A DNA stretch of 64,000 nucleotides from an uncultured Clostridia bacterium (GTDB taxonomy: Bacteria; Bacillota; Clostridia; UBA1381), in the NCBI GenBank assembly GCA_959602045.1, contig CAUGRT010000004.1:1-64000 (forward strand), written 5' to 3'. Shown here piece after piece: positions 1 to 7,304 of the stretch. Position 1 is the first letter of the stretch. Each line of letters opens with the position of its first letter. The position numbers were made by a program, and so were the translations under genes. The notes under the pieces were generated by a model. It was not told where the DNA came from, did no database searches, and saw nothing but the letters and a program-made list of their open reading frames with translations.

Positions 1-881
1 ATATTATCATTTTGGAGCCTAATTTGAGGTTTACACAAAATGAGGGATTGCCCCAATGAGGGATTGCCCCCGACTGCACTTTTATTGACATTTCCAGCAA
101 GTATTCTGTTGTGTGCCCTAATTTCACGGTTTATATTTCCTCGCTCGGTGGTAATGCCTTTACGCTCCATTTGAGAAGCCGCAACACCTAAATGAATAGT
201 TGGTATCTGCTCCGTGCCTTGCCGTTCAAAAGAACGGTGGTCTATTCGGTCGGCAATCTCATTTTCGGAAAGATATTTGTTTGCAAGCTCCGCCCATTTT
301 GACCGCCATAATTCCGCTTTGCTCTGCTCGTTCCAGTCAACCGTATCAACCTTTTTCGTTTTGAAATTTCCGTTTTTCAACCTGATACGCTCACCGTTTT
401 TGTCGGTGATGTATTCCTTTTTTGACTTCGCACCCCATTCACCGTTTTCATTAAGCGGTCGCATTGTCAGCATAATGTGGGCGTGTGGGTTTCCGTCTTT
501 TTTATCGTGAATAGCAATGTCCGCACACATTCCGGCAGATACAAAATTATCCTTGACATATTCCCGTACAAGCTCAATTTGCTGTTCGGGCGGTAATTCT
601 TTCGGTATGGCAAGCTCAATTTCTCTTGCAAGCTGTGAATTTTTAGACTTTTCGATTTTCTCGACAGAGTTCCATAGGGCAGAGCAATTTTGAAAGTCAG
701 GCGGTGCGTGTGAGGGTAACAAAATTTCCGTATGTGCAATTCCGCTTTTCCTCGTATAGTCGTGCGTGATACCGTCGTAATTGTTTACCAGCTTTTCGCC
801 GCTTCTGTATGCGGCGGCTGCAACGGCTGATTTGCCTTTGCCCCTGCTGATGATTTTTATACTGCAATGATAAATAGCCAT
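1..881 (-). CDS. mobA: MobA/MobL (MobQ-type) relaxase, partial; C-terminal part runs off the window start
   Basis: Minus-strand ORF with its ATG at about 879-881 and no stop before position 1, which is why it is absent from the ORF track. The N-terminus reads MAIYHCSIKIISRGKGKSAVAAAAYRSGEKL..., followed by HDKKDGNPHAHIML (3-His motif) and IDHRSFERQGTEQIPTIHLG. This matches the RSF1010 MobA relaxase domain. Confidence 0.85.
   Translation of the reverse strand, partial: MAIYHCSIKIISRGKGKSAVAAAAYRSGEKLVNNYDGITHDYTRKSGIAHTEILLPSHAPPDFQNCSALWNSVEKIEKSKNSQLAREIELAIPKELPPEQQIELVREYVKDNFVSAGMCADIAIHDKKDGNPHAHIMLTMRPLNENGEWGAKSKKEYITDKNGERIRLKNGNFKTKKVDTVDWNEQSKAELWRSKWAELANKYLSENEIADRIDHRSFERQGTEQIPTIHLGVAASQMERKGITTERGNINREIRAHNRILAGNVNKSAVGGNPSLGQSLILCKPQIRLQNDN
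39..70. repeat. Perfect tandem duplication of a 16-bp unit (aatgagggattgcccc x2) inside the mobA coding region
   Basis: Read directly from the sequence. Sixteen is not a multiple of 3, so the duplication shifts the frame of whatever lies downstream in mobA. Confidence 0.7.
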
Positions 882-1051
882 AGTTAATTGTCCTTTCCGT
901 TTCTTTATTTACACTTGTTTTTTTGTGTCAAACTCGTTTTGACATAAAAAATCAAGTCCGCAAAAGGGGTGCGGGGAAAATGCCTTTTCCCTGCGATACA
1001 AACAATAATCTTTGTTTGTATATGCCCTCTGCAATCTTTTGCAGAATACGC

Positions 1052-1084
1052 ACACACCTGTAAAGGTGTATAAGTGCGCCCTTG
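1052..1084 (+). promoter_or_regulatory. oriT: MobQ-family oriT: inverted repeat ACACCTGtaaAGGTGT followed by the nic motif TAAGTGCGCCCT
   Basis: The sequence ggtgtaTAAGTGCGCCCTtg matches the RSF1010/R1162 oriT nic region (GTAAGTG|CGCCCT) with an adjacent inverted repeat. It lies between the DUF3847 gene and mobA. Confidence 0.7.
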
Positions 1085-1372
1085 TTAAAACAAGGGATTG
1101 TCCTCGTCCGCCGTATGCTCCCGTAAATTCTTAACTTTCGCCCTCACGCTCTCACTCGAAAAGATTTCAATTAAAAGCGTTTGCAGCTGCTCATTTGAAA
1201 AGTCATCTGCGTTGCCGATTACGCTTTCCAAAATCGCCCCACGCTCAATTAACCGCTTTGTCCGTTTCTTGCGTTCAGCTTGCTTTTGCTCCGATATGAG
1301 CCGCTTTTTCTTGTTGTTGAGCTGCCTTATTTGTTCCTCGGCTTTTGCGATTTGTTCATCAAAATTTTTCAT
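1085..1372 (-). CDS. DUF3847-family coiled-coil protein (mobilisation accessory protein commonly paired with MobA/MobL in Firmicutes)
   Basis: 95 aa with a coiled-coil N-terminus and the motif RTKRLIERGAILESVI, typical of DUF3847. It sits immediately upstream of oriT and mobA on the same strand. Confidence 0.65.
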   Translation of the reverse strand: MKNFDEQIAKAEEQIRQLNNKKKRLISEQKQAERKKRTKRLIERGAILESVIGNADDFSNEQLQTLLIEIFSSESVRAKVKNLREHTADEDNPLF

Positions 1373-1452
1373 AAATCATCGTTCCTTTCTTTGTTTTGGA
1401 TATAAAAAAAGAGTAACCGCATTTTTACGATTACTCTATATACAATACTTAA

Positions 1453-1863
1453 TTATTTTAACGCCTTTAATATTCTTTCAAGCGTTTGTTGCTGATTAGA
1501 TTTTTTTAATTCACATTCCCATATTCGCAAGACAGCCCAACCCCGATTTTCAAATAATTTTGTTACTTGTTTGTCGTGCAGAATATTGCGCTTACGCTTT
1601 TTCTGCCAATAGTCCGCATTATCTGACGGGCGGGTGTTTCTGCAATCGTGTCCGTGCCAAAAGCAACCGTCGACAAAAATTGCGATTTTTTTATTAAGAA
1701 ACACAAAATCCGGATGACCCTTAACCTTATAATTTCTGCGCCAACCTTTTATATTGTTCTGTTTGAATAAATCAATCAGCTTTAATTCTGTTGATTTATT
1801 ATTTTTGGAACGTACTTTCCGCATTACATCGGAGCGTTTGCTTTTGTCAAATACATCTGCCAT
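1453..1863 (-). CDS. vsr: Very short patch repair endonuclease Vsr
   Basis: MADVFDKSKRSDVMRK...FVDGCFWHGH...VLRIWECEL is near-identical in motif pattern to E. coli Vsr. It lies downstream of an m5C methyltransferase. Confidence 0.9.
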   Translation of the reverse strand: MADVFDKSKRSDVMRKVRSKNNKSTELKLIDLFKQNNIKGWRRNYKVKGHPDFVFLNKKIAIFVDGCFWHGHDCRNTRPSDNADYWQKKRKRNILHDKQVTKLFENRGWAVLRIWECELKKSNQQQTLERILKALK

Positions 1864-1866
1864 AGC

Positions 1867-2627
1867 TCATTGATTCTCTATATGATCCGACACAATACTA
1901 TACCAACTATCGTCAAAATTAACCGCCTTTAATATAGTTTCTCTATCAACTCGGTCCGGTTTTTTTACTGATATATGTAATCTTTTTTGTGGTATATCTT
2001 CAATTATTGTAAATTGACTGCCGCTTGGTTGCCACGTGAACTTGTGTTTTTTTGTTGTTTTTTCATAACCCTCTAAATTCATTCGGCTATTCCATTCAAA
2101 ATAATATAATTCGGGGTCATAGCGCACAGTATCAAATTCAAAAACAAGATAATTCCCATAGTCCTTTGACTTCACAAGAACAACAGTACGAACAAACTTA
2201 AATATTTGTCGAACGGCGGAAACTCGTTCATTCCAAATATCAAGTACAAGTTTTCCTATTTCGTTGGGATTTTCGCTTGTGATTTTATCGATACCGTAAC
2301 TATATGTCGGTGAATTTCTCCCCTATATTAGCCGCACGGTTTTTTGTTTTTCTAAATCTTTCGATTGTCCAAATACAGTTTTTGCGCCCCAACAACAATT
2401 ATCGAGAACAACATCGTCTAAACCGACGTTTGACGGTTTCCATTCCGCCCCAATACATTTTGCAAATATTTGTTCCCACTCGTTGCCTTCCAACGACATT
2501 GCGGATTTTGTAGCTCTCATATAAACAATTTCTTTGGCGAGAGTTTCGATAAATTTTGTCGGGAATTTATTTAAGGCAAACGGTGCAGTCGCTTTATTTA
2601 CTGTTCGCAATTTAGGTTCAAGCATAT
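1867..2627 (-). pseudogene. Putative type II restriction endonuclease gene interrupted by a single in-frame TAG at 2323-2325
   Basis: Track ORFs 2323..2676 and 1867..2175 are in the same frame. Codons 2176-2322 carry no stop, so one amber codon splits a roughly 253-aa ORF. A GGAGG ribosome-binding site precedes the ATG at 2627. Position between the methyltransferase and vsr supports a restriction-gene identity, but the family is not recognisable by eye. Confidence 0.5.
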
Positions 2628-2724
2628 AATATAACCTCCGTATGTTTTCTATACGAAGTATTATATCACAAAACAAAAAATAAAGCTACACTTTTACAAA
2701 AAATTTGTGAATAAAGCCGATTTT

Positions 2725-3858
2725 TTAAAAAGCCAACGGCAAAAATCTTTCAATAACGGCAGCAACCATATCAACGGGTATTGCATTTCCGGCTTGTTTT
2801 CTGATTTGCGCATCGGATACGGCAATCTTAAAACTATCAGGGAATCCCTGTAAACGAAGCATTTCTCTGGGGGTCAATCGTCGCTCCCCGTCAACCAACA
2901 AATAATTGTAGCTTGCACCCGCTCTTAACGCACAGCTATATGGGTAAGATGAAATATTGCCGGATTTATTTTCGTGCCATATAGAAGGAGAACAAGCCGC
3001 TTTGTGCATCGTCTTTCTTTTTGCAACTATTTCAGGTGACGCATAGTATCTCTTATCCACGTTTTTTTCGAGAATATCGGAAAGGGTCTTGTTATTTTTA
3101 ATATCGAAGCTCCAATTCATTTCAAAAGGTTTTTTAGAACCAATTATCAAAACGCGCTCTCTTTTTTGCGGCAAGCCGAAATCCAGCGCATTTAATAAAT
3201 GATAATCAACGTGATACCCCAGTTCGTCTCGCAATATACTTAAAATGGTCTTGAGCGTGTTTCCGCTATTATGGCTTATAAGGTTTTTTACATTTTCAAG
3301 AACAAACGCCTGCGGCTCTTTTTCTTTAATAATTCTTGCAATGTCAAAAAATAAAGTCCCTCTGGTGTTGTCGGCAAAACCTTTTTGAAGTCCGCAAATT
3401 GAAAATGCCTGACAAGGGAAACCGCCGAAAAGCATGTCGAAATCAGGAATGTCGCTTGCTTTAATTTTGGTAATATCGCCTTGAGGCTTTTCCGAAAAAT
3501 TTGCCGCATAGCTTTCTTGTGCAAATTTGTCAATATCGCTGCTGTAAACGCATTTTCCGGTTAATTCCAAATGCTCAAATGCCGACTGTGCGGCATACCG
3601 AAAACCGCCGATACCGCAGAACAAATCAATAAATTTTATAGGATTCGGATATACTGTGGGCGTTTCGACAGACGTATCTATAAATAATTTATCTATTGAT
3701 ACGCCCAATATGTTTCCGATACTGATTGCTATGGAAATAGAGGGAGTTGCCGTTTGTTTTTCAATCATAGATAAATATTTACGGCTTATAGAGGCAGAAT
3801 GCGCTAAATTTTCCTGTGTGATTCCTCTTTCTTTCCTTATTTCTTTAACTCTATTCAT
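2725..3858 (-). CDS. DNA (cytosine-5)-methyltransferase with an N-terminal XRE-type HTH domain (SsoII/EcoRII/ScrFI-like architecture)
   Basis: HTH: ITQENLAHSASISRKYLSMIEKQ. Methyltransferase motif I: DLFCGIGGF. Motif IV: GGFPCQAFS. Motif VI: ENV. The likely start is the ATG at about 3858 (MNRVKEIRKERG), preceded by AAAAGGAGAAAA. The track start at 3894 is a GTG lying inside the operator palindrome. Confidence 0.9.
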   Translation of the reverse strand: MNRVKEIRKERGITQENLAHSASISRKYLSMIEKQTATPSISIAISIGNILGVSIDKLFIDTSVETPTVYPNPIKFIDLFCGIGGFRYAAQSAFEHLELTGKCVYSSDIDKFAQESYAANFSEKPQGDITKIKASDIPDFDMLFGGFPCQAFSICGLQKGFADNTRGTLFFDIARIIKEKEPQAFVLENVKNLISHNSGNTLKTILSILRDELGYHVDYHLLNALDFGLPQKRERVLIIGSKKPFEMNWSFDIKNNKTLSDILEKNVDKRYYASPEIVAKRKTMHKAACSPSIWHENKSGNISSYPYSCALRAGASYNYLLVDGERRLTPREMLRLQGFPDSFKIAVSDAQIRKQAGNAIPVDMVAAVIERFLPLAF

Positions 3859-3877
3859 TAGGCGTTTTCTCCTTTTT

Positions 3878-3945
3878 TGTGAACTTAACTTCACAAAATA
3901 TTATATCACGCTTTTATAGATTTGTCTATACTTTTTTTAAAAAAG
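3878..3945 (-). promoter_or_regulatory. Methyltransferase promoter (TAGACA, 17 nt, TGaTATAAT) with an operator palindrome TGTGAAgttaacTTCACA between the -10 and the ribosome-binding site
   Basis: Read on the minus strand: ...TAGACAAATCTATAAAAGCGTGATATAATATTT TGTGAAGTTAAGTTCACA AAAAAGGAG...ATG. A second short inverted repeat (TATAGAcaaaTCTATA) overlaps the -35. Confidence 0.5.
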
Positions 3946-4083
3946 AATCATTTTTTTCAATTTTTTTAGCATTTTAAACCTCAAAAACAGCGACTTTAAT
4001 ATAAACACATTACCCATATCAAAACAAGATTTTCAACTTCTCGCACCCAAGTCTTGACTTGATGTTTTTACCCAAAACCACCG

Positions 4084-4398
4084 TTATATGTTCTCTTTAT
4101 GTCTACTGTCTATGTTGGAAATTATGTTATTCTTTATTGCGTAATTTCTTGCCTTTGCTCTGCGTTCCTCGGAATACGGGGAAGTGAATCGTATTGACAG
4201 ACGTTTTTTATCAGCCTCATAAGATACCGCACCGCAGGGGTAAGCTGTTACAAGCCTTGCACATTTCGGGTTTTGTCTGCTGAATTTTGCAAGCCTGTTT
4301 TGCAATGCTTTGTTGTAGGTATAAATATTTGCCGTAGGCTCGGCTTCGTTGAATAAGATTATAGTTTCTTTCTCGTATTTTGTAAGTCTGCATTTCAT
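4084..4398 (-). CDS. Hypothetical basic protein (104 aa)
   Basis: ORF with AAGGAG ribosome-binding site; no recognisable domain. Confidence 0.5.
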   Translation of the reverse strand: MKCRLTKYEKETIILFNEAEPTANIYTYNKALQNRLAKFSRQNPKCARLVTAYPCGAVSYEADKKRLSIRFTSPYSEERRAKARNYAIKNNIISNIDSRHKENI

Positions 4399-4439
4399 TG
4401 TGTTGTAATCTCCTTTTTTTGCTTAATTTTTTCAAGTCA

Positions 4440-4476
4440 AAAGCCGCCTCCGAACATTCGGAAACGGCTTTGCATC
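4440..4476 (-). terminator. Hairpin (aagccg-cc-tccgaa-ca-ttcgga-aa-cggctt) downstream of the 188-aa gene
   Basis: Nested perfect inverted repeats. The U-tract on the minus strand is short (cttttg). Confidence 0.4.
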
Positions 4477-4489
4477 TGTTTATATTATT

Positions 4490-5056
4490 TCATTGTATTT
4501 CTGTTATCTGCTCGGTTCTTGACCTTGCATTTTTAAGTAATTTCCTTGCTTGCGTGAGCAATGCGCTGTCTATCGGCGGAATATCCCAATAACAGAAGTC
4601 CCCCACGCAGTCGGTGTCGGGGTTAAATGTCGGCTCTGCCGTCTGATATATTCTTGTATAGGCTTGTTTTTCGGCGGCTTTGTAGTCCGTTGCTCCGATT
4701 TCGACCGCATTTATCAAGTCGGATATTAAGGCTCTGACTGTATTTTCCTTTTCGGCGTAATATTCGGGGCGTAAATACATATCTCTGCATTGCAGTATAG
4801 CATTTCGGGCAATGGCGGCTAAATCCGCATAACCGTAACCGCCTGTTTCATTTGCAAGCACGGCGGCGAATATGGCGTTATTTGCCTTACACCAAGCAGG
4901 CTGATAACCAAGTCCGTTTTGCACCTCGTCTAAAATTCCGCCTATTAAGTTTTGTGTTATTGCAACGCTTTCATCTGTGGCATTGTCGGGATAGCTTTCA
5001 ACGGGAATGTTGGCTGCAAATACAGATGTTGTAAAAGACAATGCAAGAGATAACAT
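4490..5056 (-). CDS. Secreted hypothetical protein
   Basis: A signal-peptide-like MLSLALSFTTSVFAANIP starts at the internal Met. The track start at 5086 would overlap the upstream gene by 89 nt. Confidence 0.5.
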   Translation of the reverse strand: MLSLALSFTTSVFAANIPVESYPDNATDESVAITQNLIGGILDEVQNGLGYQPAWCKANNAIFAAVLANETGGYGYADLAAIARNAILQCRDMYLRPEYYAEKENTVRALISDLINAVEIGATDYKAAEKQAYTRIYQTAEPTFNPDTDCVGDFCYWDIPPIDSALLTQARKLLKNARSRTEQITEIQ

Positions 5057-7064
5057 GCTTTTGGTTAATGGTAAACGGCAAAGCATTAAATCCTATTTTC
5101 TGAAATACCTTTGGCGTACCGCCAATCATCAAGGTATCATAGCGCGGAATCTTCCCATTTTGCCAATCGTCAAGTTGCTCGGAAAATGATTTCGTATAAT
5201 CATAAATATTAGAATTTTCCTCATCCGCATCTTCATTCATTTTACTTTCTTTCAACGAATATCGAATATCGTCATTCCCCTTGTCAAATGTTCCGATGTT
5301 ATCCGTTGCGGATTTGATTTGGTTTGAAGAAAATACAAGATATGTACCGTTTCTTGTATCTATGACACCGTCATATTTCCCATCAGACAAGCCTTCGTTC
5401 AGCTCATCACCATAATTCATTTTGTTTTGCTCGGTTATATAGAACGGTTTTTTTATGTCGAGATATACGGACATGATATGTCCGCCATGGTCTTTGCCTG
5501 TTATCCCATTAGCATATCTGAACGCTCTTTTATAATTTTCTGTAAAATAAAATCCATCCCCTAATGCTCTGCCAAACTCCACTTCTGGTTTCAAAATAAA
5601 CGTGTTAAAGCTCGCCCTTGTCCCATGATACACAACCTTCGGCGTTCCATCCTCATTCACAACCTTGCTCGCCTCGTTCGGCTTAAAATTTTTATCCAAA
5701 CCCTTGACAAGGTCAAATAATTGTGATACAGTATAAGTATCAGCAGCTGTTGACTGGGCTAGGATGTTTTTTTCTGAACCCTTAGCATTCAGCTGCTGTT
5801 TTGTTATATTTTGCAGCTGATAAGCTCTTTTTATAGTTCCGTCGCTGTTTACATCATTTAGCTCCTCAACATAAAGCTTAACAAGCTCTCTGCCGTTCCC
5901 CATATCCGCTATTGCATAAAGGCTGTGCATCATTGCCAAATTACTTGACTTTCCCTTGATCTTGGCAAAGATCTCCCGAATAGCTTCCAGAAGCCTTGAC
6001 AAAAAGCCTTGATGTTCTGCGTGGCTTGTGAATTTCTGAAATTGTTCCGGATTGTTTAAAATTCTGCGTGTATAGTCCGCCACAAGCTCATTTTCTACTT
6101 CCTGCGTACTCAAATTCACGCCTGAACGAGCATACTTTTCTTGCTTGTCCCGAATTAATGTTTCAACCGTTGAATCCGTTCCGCGTGCTGTGTCCGCGCT
6201 ATCACGTGCTAAGATTTCTAAAACAGCCTGCTTATACTCTGCATATGATTCCGGTGCTGCATCCTCAAAATGATGGGTAATTTCATGCGAAAAGACATTC
6301 ATAAGCTTATCATCCGCATCCATCGCCAGATAGACTGTACCGTCCTTATAATATCCGTCTGCTTCTCCACCTTTTAATGATTGTGCAATTCTGACCTCAA
6401 CACCCAATGCTTTGGATGTTTCTGCGATTGCCGCGCGTTCCTCTGCCGAAAGCTGGTTTCTGTACTGCTCCTGCACCGTTCCGGTATTTTGTGGGGTATA
6501 CTCAGATGTATTTTCGGATAAATTATTATTGACAACATTACTGTTTTGTGATATAGTATTGTTATCAGAAGAGGATTTATCGTTAATAGTTGCCAACCAC
6601 TTATACAGTTGGGGATTCACTTGTGGTAAATCCTCTTTTGCATATTTTACTGTCACGCCGTCCGAATGAATCAGATTTTTTACATATTGATCATCCGAAC
6701 TGAACATAGTGACAACAACATTATAATCCTCATTTTTTCCGCCGATATCCTTTGTGCTGTTCAGCTCCACCGAGATAATACCGTTACTGCCTCTTTTTGT
6801 TGTGACTGTTGAGAATAAATTCAGTCTGCCATTCCCCAGTTGTATAATAGCGTCCGGCGCTTTTAAAAAATCAGGTAACTTTTTTGCGGTTTCTGCGCCC
6901 AGATCATGATAATGCCCCTTGAAAACTCCGTCTTTTCTTACGGCAAGATATAGCTTGTTGTAATTTCGACAAAAAGCATAATTTTGTCCTATGCAGGGCA
7001 ATTTTTTATTTATGAGGTAATCGCTTTCGCTTTCTTTGCTTTGTAATATCATATAAAAAGGCAC
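4998..7064 (-). CDS. Polyvalent-protein-like effector with a zincin-like metallopeptidase domain (HEITHH) and a C-terminal ART-like domain
   Basis: An HExxH motif is embedded in ...VFSHEITHHFEDAAPESY.... The C-terminal region carries VVYHGTRASF...GDGFYFTENYKRAF, resembling the ART/MPTase modules of conjugative-element polyvalent proteins. An N/S-rich low-complexity linker is also present. Confidence 0.55.
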   Translation of the reverse strand: MPFYMILQSKESESDYLINKKLPCIGQNYAFCRNYNKLYLAVRKDGVFKGHYHDLGAETAKKLPDFLKAPDAIIQLGNGRLNLFSTVTTKRGSNGIISVELNSTKDIGGKNEDYNVVVTMFSSDDQYVKNLIHSDGVTVKYAKEDLPQVNPQLYKWLATINDKSSSDNNTISQNSNVVNNNLSENTSEYTPQNTGTVQEQYRNQLSAEERAAIAETSKALGVEVRIAQSLKGGEADGYYKDGTVYLAMDADDKLMNVFSHEITHHFEDAAPESYAEYKQAVLEILARDSADTARGTDSTVETLIRDKQEKYARSGVNLSTQEVENELVADYTRRILNNPEQFQKFTSHAEHQGFLSRLLEAIREIFAKIKGKSSNLAMMHSLYAIADMGNGRELVKLYVEELNDVNSDGTIKRAYQLQNITKQQLNAKGSEKNILAQSTAADTYTVSQLFDLVKGLDKNFKPNEASKVVNEDGTPKVVYHGTRASFNTFILKPEVEFGRALGDGFYFTENYKRAFRYANGITGKDHGGHIMSVYLDIKKPFYITEQNKMNYGDELNEGLSDGKYDGVIDTRNGTYLVFSSNQIKSATDNIGTFDKGNDDIRYSLKESKMNEDADEENSNIYDYTKSFSEQLDDWQNGKIPRYDTLMIGGTPKVFQKIGFNALPFTINQKHVISCIVFYNICICSQHSR

Positions 7065-7304
7065 AAAAAAAGCCGCCCGGCAATAAAGGCGTTTTGCCTC
7101 TATACCGGGCGGCCTGCTATGCCGTCACCAATTTCCTGTTCGGAAAGCTTTATTTAGTGTTACTTTGTTTCAGCCTTTTTGATTTCGGGCTTTGTGATAA
7201 TTACCTTCTTATCCTTTTCAACCCATTCAACACTTGCGCCGAGTTCCTCGGATATAAAGCGAATTGGTGTGTAGGTACGGTCGTTTTCGATAAACGCAGG
7301 GGAA

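Noticed and set aside
39-70. Possible CRISPR array
   Set aside because: Only two immediately adjacent repeat copies, with no spacers and no cas genes; it is a tandem duplication inside mobA.
2323-2325. Programmed TAG read-through / pyrrolysine in the restriction gene
   Set aside because: No pyl genes or other recoded TAGs are visible. A nonsense mutation in a restriction gene next to an intact methyltransferase is the parsimonious reading.
3878-3895. Rex (redox) operator upstream of the methyltransferase gene
   Set aside because: The half-sites TGTGAA/TTCACA match Rex, but the spacer is 6 nt rather than 4. An HTH-methyltransferase autoregulatory operator is more plausible in this context.
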